This document shows, piece after piece, positions 39,167-50,031 of a stretch of DNA of 64,000 bases. Source of the DNA: Octopus sinensis. Taxonomy: Eukaryota. The stretch lies in contig NC_042999.1 of assembly GCF_006345805.1 (NCBI RefSeq), forward strand, positions 141,918,001 to 141,982,000, in the 5' to 3' direction. Within the stretch, counting starts at the first letter, position 1. Every line of letters starts with the position of its first letter. Both the position numbers and the translations under genes were made by a program. Under the pieces are notes generated by a model. The model was not told the DNA's origin. It made no database searches and was given only the letters and a program-made list of their open reading frames with translations.

Positions 39167-40200
39167 CGGTAGGGTTCTCATGTACGAACAATTCTTTAAA
39201 CAAACATCGAATAACGAACGATTTTTCCGAAGAAAATTAAACTCGCTTAACGAGCTAAAATTTGATTAACGAAGCACGAACAGACTACGCACGCATATGT
39301 GAGTGGTAGAACGTTTACGAACGGTACGCTAAATGAATAAATTGTAGTGAATAACGAACGAATAGACTACGCACACATATAAGTAGCTGGGAAGGATATA
39401 CGAACGGTTCGTTAACGTACGCAAATTTTCATATTTCATATAGAAAATATTATTTCTCATTTTTAGCTAAAAAAAATAAAACCATGGATCGACAGAGGCG
39501 AATTAGAAAATCAATTACTATAGAAACTAAGAAAGAAATAATACATAAACATGAAAATGGAGCTAGTGTTAGCAACCTTAGTTTGGAGTACAGAGTGGCA
39601 AAATCAACTATCTGCACCATACTGAAAAACAAATGTAAATTTAAAAATGTTCGGGTAGCTAAGGGAATAACCAAGCTTAGTAAATCGCGTAACAATTTTA
39701 TTGAAGAGATGGAAAATTTACTTTTGGTATGGATTAAAGAAAAAGAAATTGCTCGTGAAAATATAAGTGAATCGATGATTTGTGTAAAAGCCAAACAATT
39801 ATTTGATGATCTTGTAGCGAATTCTCCCAGTGGAAATGATACTGTGCTGGATTTTCTTGCTTCAAAGGGTTGGTTTACCAGATTCCGGAAAAGAAATGGA
39901 TTACATAATGATGTTAAGTGTGATAAGTCTGCTAGTGCAGACCATAAAGTAGCTCGTGAGTACCACTTTTTAAACTTTATGGCTATGAGTGGCTTCGTTT
40001 CACAGCAAAATTTGAACTATGATGAAATGGGGCTTTTTTTTTTTTTTTTTTTTAATAAATTGCCGTTCAGAAGACCCTAGAGCACTTAAAATCATAAGAA
40101 CCGCCTTGGGGTTTGGACGAACCACAAATCACCAGTCATCTTTTCACTGAGTAGTTGTCTGTGGTGTTTTGTCCTACTGTGCCTAAGTACCTTAGGGACA
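39167..40200 (+). mobile_element. Truncated Tigger/pogo element (5' end plus DNA-binding ORF 39484-40080)
   Basis: AACGAAC-rich subterminal region; ORF RKSITIETKKEII...EEMENLLLVWI...FLASKGWFTRFRKR; the DETGLFWKK motif has decayed into a poly-T run. Confidence 0.75.
39484..39955 (+). CDS. Candidate alternative first exon of unit 3: Tigger-derived psq + CENP-B HTH
   Basis: ATG at 39484; consensus donor C|GTGAGT at 39956 just after the HTH, phase 1. In frame with acceptors at 41628 and 44386. Confidence 0.5.
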
Positions 40201-40789
40201 ACAATCTTCTCTCGAAGTTCTTTTGGTAATGGATAATGACTCAACTAAACCGTCTTTAATGTACTGATTGCCGGAACAGTTTAGTTTGTAAAGTGCATTT
40301 CTTGCCTGTCATCACATCTTCTGTTCTCTAGGTCATGGACCAACAGGTCTACATAGTCCGAGGTATATTTGTAAAAAATTTCATTAAAAAATAAATATTT
40401 TCTTGAAAGTTAAGACGAATTGAAGTGGACGCCGGTGAATTTTCCGAAATTCCCCACCTAAAACACTTTCCCCAAAAGTTTTGTATATTCGAAATCTACA
40501 TGATATAACTCATATTCGTAGAAAATTTCATTAAAAAATATCCATTTTTCTGAAAGTTATGATCATCCAAAGTCGGGGGGTGGGGGCAGAAATCTGTAGT
40601 TATGCCAATTTATATATGATGTTTAATATTACATTAGCTTTAAATATTAAGTGACAGTTTACCAAATTCACAGTGAAACTTTATAACACTGGAATCGTAC
40701 GTAGAATTACAAGATGAATTAATATTCACTGATATTACTGCTCTGCATCTACAAATGAAATGCTTCAGTTCATCGTAGGAGTCACTGGG

Positions 40790-41130
40790 TATTTTGGACC
40801 TAACAATATCCCTCATCCAGGTGACTTGACCTAGGTTGGTGAAGCATAAGCTTCTCCAAGTGGTGTTCTACTGGCCTCACCGATCACCTCTTTTAATCCA
40901 GAAAGATTTAGATGCTTTCTCAGCAGCCTCTACGGTGTTTTTGATTGATCATTAGCTCGTTTTTATAATGCCCGGTATACAATTTGCGAACTCTCGACTG
41001 GCAAACACCTCGCTCTCCACCCATTTTGCGGCAGTCTTTTACAACTAGCTCCTGATATTTAGCTATCTCTCTTGCGCCTCCTGCCATCTTGTAGGTCACG
41101 GCAAACTCCAACAGAATTAGCTGCTTTGTA
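40790..41130 (-). mobile_element. HERO/R2-group LINE 3' remnant (restriction-like endonuclease region)
   Basis: Minus-strand LILLEFAVTY...REIAKYQELV..DCR resembles the IELTVPWE...K.AKY.ELV motif. Confidence 0.5.
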
Positions 41131-41644
41131 ATTATGAACATTAATATTCGTGCTAAAAAAAAAGACTTGTGTAATTACGTCCCTTTAATGCCTCTCTGCT
41201 GAAATATTTCATTTGAGTGTTATAGTGACGGTCACAGTTGGCGGGACAAGAATTTTGACTCTAAATAATATATGTTCAATGAAGTTTAAGTTTTTGTGTG
41301 TTTTTGAAAGACTGATATTCCATGCTGTGATTGTCCTTTACCATAGTTTCTATTAATTTTAATACCAGTTCTCGGAAACTACCGAAAATTAGTCCCTTTT
41401 AAGGAGAGAGACAAAAAGAGAAGGATGATGTCTCTTGATTGTCTGTGATATCCCTTCATTTTTCACTATTAATATATTTGTTTATGCTACCCTTCTTTTT
41501 CACTATTGATATATTTATTTATGCTATCATTTGGTTAACTTATTAAACACTGAAAATTTTAATATCTGTTTAATCTCGAATATCGCCGCATCAATTAACT
41601 TCCAAGTCACATCATTTTATTTCTTAGGAAATCTAGTTAAGATA

Positions 41645-42116
41645 ATGCCTAGGCTCAAAAAATACAAGACTGAAGCAGAGCGACGAGCGGTTACACGACA
41701 GCGTGCAAGAATCAAAAGAGCTAATGAAACACCTTTAGAGAGAGATCAAAGATTAATGAATTTGTCTTTGAATGAATGGCATCGGCGAAGAAATGAGACA
41801 TTTGAAGAGAGAAAGGAGAGACTTAAAAGGCTGTCCTTAAATGCACGAAAGAGACGGGCTAAGGAAACGGCAGAAGAGAGAGCAAATCGGCTTCGAAAAC
41901 TATCTGAGAACGTAATGAAAAGACGTGCCGGAGAATCGAGTCAGAAAAGAAACAAAAATACAAACAAGTGTGCTTCAAAGCCAAATTGCCATAACACTCA
42001 AGTGGCTAAAAGGCAGCGGGGCCGAAAGCCGACTGCTAAAGGCATTAAGATCGCTCTGACCAACTGTTATGATGACCAAGAAAAATATTACCTGGAGCAG
42101 ATGCATCAAGATCCTG
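41645..42116 (+). CDS. Unit 3 exon 1 (coding part): STPR-type repeats
   Basis: Three full 23-aa repeats (41726-41932) plus a degenerate fourth. Acceptor TTTCTTAG| at 41627; donor CCTG|GTATCT (phase 1). Confidence 0.8.
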
Positions 42117-42443
42117 GTATCTGTCCCTATGATTTTTTTTATTCATTTGAGGGTTATAATAACTAGTGTATCTAATTTTCTTTTACTCTAACACCATTAA
42201 TGTAATAACTACCATGTCTAATTTTTGCGGTTGTCTTTTTTCCTCTGACAAGAAATCAATGTTTATATTCTTTCTGCTTTGGATTTGTTTCTTTTTGTTG
42301 GATTTCTGTAATCTACTGACACGTTTTTAACTTTACATATCCCATGCCATTTTGACAACTATTCAAGCATGAAATTCGTTTCTTTTATATTTCTGTTTCA
42401 TTAATGTGTGTGAGAGGTGTGTATGTATGTGTGTGTGTGTATA

Positions 42444-43554
42444 CACACACCTCGACTTACGACCACAATAAATTTTAAAAATCGATTTTCGGACGTTGGG
42501 CAGCTGCGCGTACGATGACTGGCATCATCTAGCAACGCATGCCTCCCTCAGACCCAGGCATCCACTGCCTGCAACCGTCTCTCACTCAGTCGCTTTCAAG
42601 CATCAGTTGCGTGTGGATTTGTTACAATTGTATCTGAAATACCCCTAAAATGACTGGTAAAAGGAAAATGCTTTCATCTACAGATGCGCCAGCTAAGAAG
42701 TCAAGGAAGGCTATTGATTTAGACTGTAAAATGAAGATTATTCGGCAGTATGAAGACGGAAAGAAGGTGAATACAATAGCACATGACTTGAAGTTATCGC
42801 ATTCCACGGTATCAACAATACTTAAAGACAAAGAAAGAATTCGTGAAGCTGTGAAAAGTTCTGCACCTATGAAGTCTACAATTTTAACTAAACAACGACA
42901 AGGACCCATCCATGAAATGGAGAAATTGTTATTCATGTGGATGAAAGATTTAATACAGAAAAAAACACCCATCAGCCTTCTTACAGTGCAAACAAAGGCT
43001 AGAAGTTTGTTTCAGACTTTAAAATCACGCTCCGGATACGATTACGCACAAGATTTTCAGGCTAGTAAAGGGTGGTTTATGCGTTTTAAAAAAAGATTTG
43101 CTTTGCATAATGTACGTGTCGCAGGAAGTACAGATGAAGGAGCCCAAAAATTCGTTGATAGATTTGACGAAGGTTATCTACCAGAACAAACATTCAACGT
43201 AGACGAAACAGACTTGCTATGGAAACGAATGCCTACTCGTACGTACATACACCAAGGAAAAAAGATGCAGAATTCAATGCTTTTAAGGATAGGTTAGCTT
43301 AGTTGCTTGGTGGTAATGCCGCGGGTTCTAAGCTGAAGCCTTTTCTAATTTGTCATTCGGAAAACCCTTTAATTTTTGTTTATAGTAAAATAGAGTACAT
43401 ATGTATTTTTCATATTATGAACAATAATTATGGATTAAATTTTTGTGTTTTATATTTTTATAACCCGTTTGAATGAAAATAGTGCTGAAAAATATTATTA
43501 ATCCGACATACAACCTGCTAGTCGGAACGAAATTCGGTCGTAAGTCGAGGTGTA
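42444..43554 (+). mobile_element. Internally deleted Tigger with both TIRs, in the unit 3 intron; intact DNA-binding ORF 42650-43297
   Basis: TIRs CACCTCGACTTACGACC (~42448-42464) / GGTCGTAAGTCGAGGTG (43536-43552), TA-flanked. ORF RKAIDLDCKMKII...FQASKGWFMRFKKR...NVDET.L.WKRMP, then a frameshifted DDE start (KDRL.*LLGGNAAG.KLKP). Confidence 0.85.
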
Positions 43555-44385
43555 TATCATATTAATATATCAACTCCGAATGAAAAGTTGTCAAAATACC
43601 ATAGGAATCGTAGAAGTAACAATATGTTCATAAACTTTGCTCAATTTATGTTACATTCTAATATAAATATTGCTACTATGTTCTGATGTAATTTCATCTT
43701 TGATTCGCGGCTGGTGCTATTTGTGTCAACATTCTCGGTATGCATTCTGTCCACTACTAACGAAGGCTTGACTCTCACAGTCTCATGTTGAATGTGGCAT
43801 ACTCCTCAGGGCATAAATAGCTATAACTCTACATTGGATTACGATTCATTGGCAACAGCTTCACTTGCTTTGGAAAATTCAATGAAATTTCCAATTGTTA
43901 TGAATTATAATATCCTATCATTAATTCCTTTCAATAATAGTAAATAATAGATTGAAATATAGATATCTTAATTTGTATTGATTACAAAAATGAGGCATAG
44001 TATCGAATGACGTTGATAGAAGGCTACTACCTTTACCTAATATAAAAACGTTGAACAGCCGTGATTAACGGATTAGACGGCGAGTAGAATGAAGTTTGAA
44101 TAAAAGACCTCTTTGAACTGGTTCATGATACAAATATACATATAAATTCTTAATTTTGATAATGATAAAATGAACGTTGTTGGTTTGGGGAAATAGCAGT
44201 GAAGATGAGCTATATTAATTTTGAGCTTATAGATACAATATATTACACTTTAAAAACAAAATTTACACTAAAATGGGAAATGTGAAGTTTGTGAAAATAG
44301 AGTAATATTTCAAAATACTTGTTTGTTGTTTTCAGTCAGAATAATGTTTATTTGGATGTAACTTGTAACTTTGATGTTTTGACAG

Positions 44386-44596
44386 GAAAATTTGAAGCTC
44401 CCATTGAAAAATCAGAACTTAATTCCATTCAGTCTTCTCAACATTCTGTTGAAACAAAAACATTACAAAAAGTCTCTGTTGAAAATAATGCAAATTTGAA
44501 GCAGCAAACCAAAGCAACAACTAGAGCACAGAGAAACCAATTGATCTCAGTCAACACATCTAATGAAGTGAATTCAAAATTATGCAAAACTAACAG
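44386..44596 (+). CDS. Unit 3 exon 2: linker
   Basis: TTTTGACAG|GA; KFEAPIEKS...SKLCKTN; donor AG|GTGAGA. Phase 1 in, phase 2 out. Confidence 0.85.
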
Positions 44597-44699
44597 GTGA
44601 GATAGAATTTTGTTAACATATGTTATCTGTTTGATTTGAGCAAATGTTCTTAGAGATGTATGCCCTTCCTACAACAAAACATCCAAATAGATGGTAGGA

Positions 44700-46380
44700 A
44701 TGGAACTTTTTGTCAGTCAACCAATCTGAAACAAATAGTTTTGTGTGCATTGTCTAGAGATTGTCAACAAACATTCTGTATTCAGAATGATGAATGCAGG
44801 CTCACCATTGATGCACAGGACAAGAAAGGCATGGAAGTGCTATTGTGAGGCTGTTGAATATGGAGAATATATGGGATAAAGAGGGGACTACCTCATCCTG
44901 ACCCTGCAAAGGAACCAGAAAATCAAGTTGACATAGATGAAGGAAGGATATGAAGAGAGTGAATGTTGTGGGTCCATCAGGAACAGTTGCAGAGATGCTC
45001 AAAATATCTAGTGAGATACATGAAGGTATCATACCCCATGATAGGCATAGTAGTATCACTGTAAACTGCTGCAAAGGCAAAGGAGATGCCTGAGAGAGAA
45101 GCAGCTATAGCAGAATCGAACAACTTGATCAGTTTATGAAGGTCATGAAACAGCTATAGCACAATTGATCTATGACGGGGTAGATGTACATTAGATGCAA
45201 TTTGGCTTTGTGCCCAAAAGAGGTAACATGGATGCAATCTTTCTTGTGAGGCAAGAGAAATACTTGGCTAAGAGTAAACCACTATACTTGGCATTCATTG
45301 ACTTGGTGAAGGCATTTGACATGGCACCATGTTCAGTAATTTGATGGTCTCCAAAGAAACGAAGTATAGCAAATGACTTGTGGGTGCTATACAAGTTATG
45401 AACAAAGATTTAGTAAATAAAGTGAGGATTCAGTGATGAATCTGATGTGAAGGTAAGTAGCCATTACATTTAGTCCTTAGTCCTACAGATTGTCATGGTG
45501 GTGTTTTAAGACATGCTGCCCATGCATCTATATGCTGATGATCTAGTCCTCATATGTGAATCTATAGAAGTATTAGATGAAAAATTCAAGGTAAAGAAGC
45601 TAAATCTAAAATCAAGAGGCTTCAAGGTAAACTGAGCATAGACTAAAGTTTTAGCAAATAGGAAAGAAGATAGGACCCTAATGCCTTTAGGGAAATGACC
45701 TTGCTCAGTATGCTGTATCTAATATAAACTATTGACACACAAGAGATGTGGAATCACAGGCATGCTAACAGAAAGCAAACTTCACATGTGATTGATGCAC
45801 TGGAAGGGTATATGCTTGAATGTCTCACTAGAAATAGTTGATAGCTTTTGTTACTTTGGATGTGGTTAGCAAGGGAGGTGGTTGCACTCAAAAGTACAGT
45901 AGCCATAGTAAGAACAGGTTGGAAAAGTTCAGAGAGCTTCTATCATGGCTGGTAACAAAGATCTTTTCCCTTAGACCTAAAGATAGATTGTATAATGCTT
46001 TTATTAGAATTGTGGTGCTGCATAGTAGTGAGATATGGGCCTAAAATGCAGAGGACTTTAGAAGACTTAGAAAGAAATGAAGCTTGCATGCTCTGTTGGA
46101 TGTGCTGAATAACAAGGTACAATTGGTTTGAGAGAAAAAATTATTATAAGAGAAATCAGGTGTGTGCAAGAAAGAAGAATGTACCGGTATGTGATGCATA
46201 TGGCTGAGGACAGCCAGCATGGAAGGAGAATGTTAAACGATGATGACGAATGTGGATGGAGCTTGCAGAAGAGGGAGACCCAGGAAGACATAGAATGAAG
46301 TGGTAAAGGCTGATCTCAGGACTTTGAACCACACAGACAAAATAACAAGGAACTGGGATGACTGGCAATATGTGGTTCTC
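44700..46380 (+). mobile_element. Degraded RTE LINE
   Basis: QFGFVPKRG.MDAIFLVRQ...LYLAFIDLVKAFD at ~45190-45330; RLEKFRELL...LHSSEIWA at ~45900-46040. Confidence 0.8.
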
Positions 46381-46980
46381 AAAAAGATTTACCCATATCA
46401 GTGAAACTGAGATTCTGAAAGCACAACATGCCCAACTGTCTCCCCTCCATCACCATTTCTTCCTTAAGACATCCCCACCACTTACCATCATCTCTCTTAA
46501 CTGAACTGTTCTTAGCAGAACTGGTATCTTCTATTAGCTTTTCCCTAATACCACTTATCCTTCTCACTACCTGGAACCATTTTGCTTATTATCTCCATTT
46601 CTCACACACTTTAACCCCTCATCCTACAACAAAAGCCACCTCCCTCTCTACTCTGGTCCCTTTCAGTCAGAAGGGATCCTACTTTTACAAGTTGCATAGT
46701 AACTTCATTAGTGCTGATGCTATGAAAAAATGCACCAAATACACACAGTAAAGGGGCTGGTGTTAGGAAGGGCATCCTGCTATGCAAACTTTGCCATGTC
46801 TGACATTGGAACATGATGCAGTCTTCGGATGTGTTGAATCCTGCAGGCCATCCAACCAATGCCATTGTAGAACATAGACATTAAATGATGATGATATTGA
46901 TTCTGTGTTGTTTGAATTTATTTACATGTTCTAAAATATTTGATGTTACTATTGACTGTTTTATGTTTTTGTATTTGAAG

Positions 46981-47143
46981 TGAAATCTTACTTCATCCAC
47001 AATCAGCTGTACCCCCTGTTCAAGAGAAACGCATTTTAGTGGTTCCAAATCATCAAACAGCAGTGATGTCCAATCTATTTTCCATGTGGAAAGCAGGGCG
47101 TTTGTGTGACTCATACATCAGTAATGGTACTACAACTATAATG
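46981..47143 (+). CDS. Unit 3 exon 3: BTB N-half
   Basis: TTTGAAG|T GAA ATC...VPNHQTAVMSNLFSMWKAGRLCDSYISNGTTTIM|GTAAGT. Confidence 0.9.
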
Positions 47144-47379
47144 GTAAGTTATAATATTAAGTTTAATGTAATTATAACAATTGTAATATAATAGATAAAT
47201 ATTAAATACATTTAAATTATATATATATTAAATTACATCCTATATTTAGTGAATAATTTAACTTGGTTCTGCGTTTTTTTCTTCCATGAAATTCAATGTT
47301 CTGAATGGCTTCCTTTTTTTTTTTTAGCCTAGTTTATCTTGATCTGACTCTAGTGTGGGAGGAGCTATTGCCATGACTT

Positions 47380-48450
47380 ATGCAGGCTCTTCAAGACCAG
47401 AGAGCTTGATGTTGTTGACATTCCATTTAAACTGTTGTAGTTCAACACCTGCAAGAAAGATTGGGTTAAATATTCTAGAGGGCTGAATTTGTGAGGAAGA
47501 AAGGTGTGGATGTTGAGATGTCAAGAATAAGGATGGGTCCAGCCACTGCAGAGTTACCAAGGCCATTATAGTAGTGATAAAAAAGACAGAGGAGACAGCA
47601 TGCATGTAGGCCAAACTGCTAGAGCAAATATTTGAGTGGCTCTTTGATGCCTGTGAGCATAACTGCACTCTCTTAGTTGTGGAAGCAATACTGCATTTTG
47701 ATCCTCACTTGAATCTTGTAGTTTCAGCAGTTACTGGAGGCTGAAATACTTTCTAGCTCTGAAGAGAAGAGCCAGTCTAGAATAACAACATTGCTTTCAT
47801 CAAACTTCTTTAAAGCAAGAACCCCTGATGAGTAATGTAAGAGAGTAGGTCACCAATAAAAATGGCTCTGGAAGCCATACTGCTCTTCACCAAGGTGAGA
47901 GATAGATTCAAGTTGTTAGAGAGTATCATTGTTATTGGCTGTCTGCATTACTTTAGAGATACTTGAGGTGAGAACAATAAGACTAATTAGCTGGGTCAGA
48001 AGGGTTACCTTTCTTTGGACTTGGACACCCTGCGGTATACTTCTAAATGTCGTAAGGACTCTTTGTAGAAAGTGAGAGATTAAAGGGTTTGGTGAATTTG
48101 ATGCTGCTAATGTTCTGCTTAAAATGTTGCAAGTTAATACCTACATGAGCTGATAGGGTGGATGTTCTGAAGGAGGGCTGGGTATGGTGCTTAGCAATTA
48201 ATGGGGCCTGAAGTATTTTCTGACCTTGAAAGAAAGGATAGTTTTTGAGATGTGGCCCTAGCTTTCACTAAGAGAGATTCTCAATAATAGAGAGACCTAA
48301 CATGTGAAGTAACAGTGAGGGCTCTAGTTTAGTGTTACTCTTGTTCAAGTGGATTGTGATGCACTGATGCATCACAATGAGGTTTTTGCTGTTTAAGAAA
48401 CAAGTTTTACATGATCCCACTAGAAGATGCATTTTTGAGATCTCTGTTGA
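47380..48450 (-). mobile_element. Old CR1/Jockey-like LINE RT remnant
   Basis: Minus-strand KGNPSDPAN (cf. KGDPSxPxNYRP) and EQYGF...GDLL. A related fragment lies at ~31030-31200. Confidence 0.5.
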
Positions 48451-48981
48451 TAGAATTAGTGCAGGTTTGGCAGTTGGTGTTCAGGTTGTTTGTATATGAG
48501 GAAGGTTACAGAGGAAAGGGTTATATCATTTCTATAAAAAAATTGGGATCTATTCCATCTCAATCACAGATTTTTAAAATAATTTTTTTAAACAAAACAG
48601 TTTGAAACTTCGAATACTGGTAGAATTTCTCACATAGAACATGGTTTACTCTGAACGTTTTTGACAAAATTTTGTATTTTAGAAGTTATTTTGTGTTAAA
48701 GTTGTCATATTTGGGTAATTTCAACCAACCATATGTATTCAGTTGAAGAAAGTTACTACTGTTTAAGATAGTAATTGAATGCTATCAATGCCCCACTTCA
48801 GTGCTTCTCTGAAATTTTCTTTAGTCAGAATTTAGTCAATGTATTAGGATAATTTTGTCATAAGATGTTAAGTGAGTGAACAGTACAAAGTTATAGAGTA
48901 AAGTTAATTATGCTGTGAAAAAAAATAGAATCACTGTAATTTTTGCTAGATTTATTTCAGATGTATTTTTTATGTTTTCAG

Positions 48982-50031
48982 GTCCATAAAATGGTTTTAG
49001 GAGCTGTGTGTCCAAAATTGCTGCCAATTCTCCATCATTCATCAAAAGGTTCATTCCCTAAAGTGACATTTCCAAGTTCAGTCAGTAAAGAGGGACTTTT
49101 AGCATTTGCAGAATACATGTACAGTGGTGTGTTAGATCTGAATGAAGAAATTCTAGTCCAACTAAAGACTATTGGTGAGAGATTAAGTATGAAAGATTTT
49201 GAACAACTTTGCTGTAATGAATTGAACAAAGCTAAGACAAAAGATATTTTATCAGCTGTGGTGGAACCTTTGTTGGCAGAACCTTGTTCTTTGTCAGGAT
49301 TATTTCCTTCCAGAACACATGGAGACACTAACGAAGTACAAAATTCTATGTTAATTAAGTTGTTTAGAAATAATTACTGCACTAGTAATAACATGCAGCA
49401 TGATGTTCTTGTTAGTACTGGATCTAGTACATCTTCTGATATAAGGACTGAAGAAATTATGACTGCAAATCAGATCATTGACATCCAGAGAGAAGTGGAA
49501 CCAGAGACAGCGTCTGCAACAGACCACAACTCTCTACAGTTAAAAATAGAACCTTATAGTCCTGGTGAAAACCAACATAGTTTTCAAGAAGAATTATGCA
49601 TGGATATTGGTAACACTAGTTCCAATAATAATCATCATCAAACACCTGCTACCAGTGCCACTTCTGCAAATATCATCAATACAGACAATGACTTAACAGT
49701 TACTTATTCAGACAACCAGTATAAAAATGATCTAAATATGGTTTCCTGTGATAGCATCAATATATCTGATACCCCTCAATCTGAAGAGATTTGTTTATCA
49801 CAGCATACAGAAGATTGTGATAAAGATACTGATAATCAGAAAGAACTACGGTTAATTTCAATAACGTCTGTGGCAGGCAATATAAATGAAGACAATCTCA
49901 GCAATAATTCCGATTTGGTAGAGATCTCCAGTACAATGCCTACAAATACAACACAACTGCAAACATCAAATTCTAAACCATACCCTATTAGTTTATTTTC
50001 TGTGAATAACAGTGAATATACAGCTCTATGA
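48982..50031 (+). CDS. Unit 3 terminal exon: BTB C-half plus tail
   Basis: TTTTCAG|GTC CAT AAA ATG; paralog of the other terminal exons. Spliced CDS totals 1896 nt. Confidence 0.9.
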   Translation, partial: VHKMVLGAVCPKLLPILHHSSKGSFPKVTFPSSVSKEGLLAFAEYMYSGVLDLNEEILVQLKTIGERLSMKDFEQLCCNELNKAKTKDILSAVVEPLLAEPCSLSGLFPSRTHGDTNEVQNSMLIKLFRNNYCTSNNMQHDVLVSTGSSTSSDIRTEEIMTANQIIDIQREVEPETASATDHNSLQLKIEPYSPGENQHSFQEELCMDIGNTSSNNNHHQTPATSATSANIINTDNDLTVTYSDNQYKNDLNMVSCDSINISDTPQSEEICLSQHTEDCDKDTDNQKELRLISITSVAGNINEDNLSNNSDLVEISSTMPTNTTQLQTSNSKPYPISLFSVNNSEYTAL

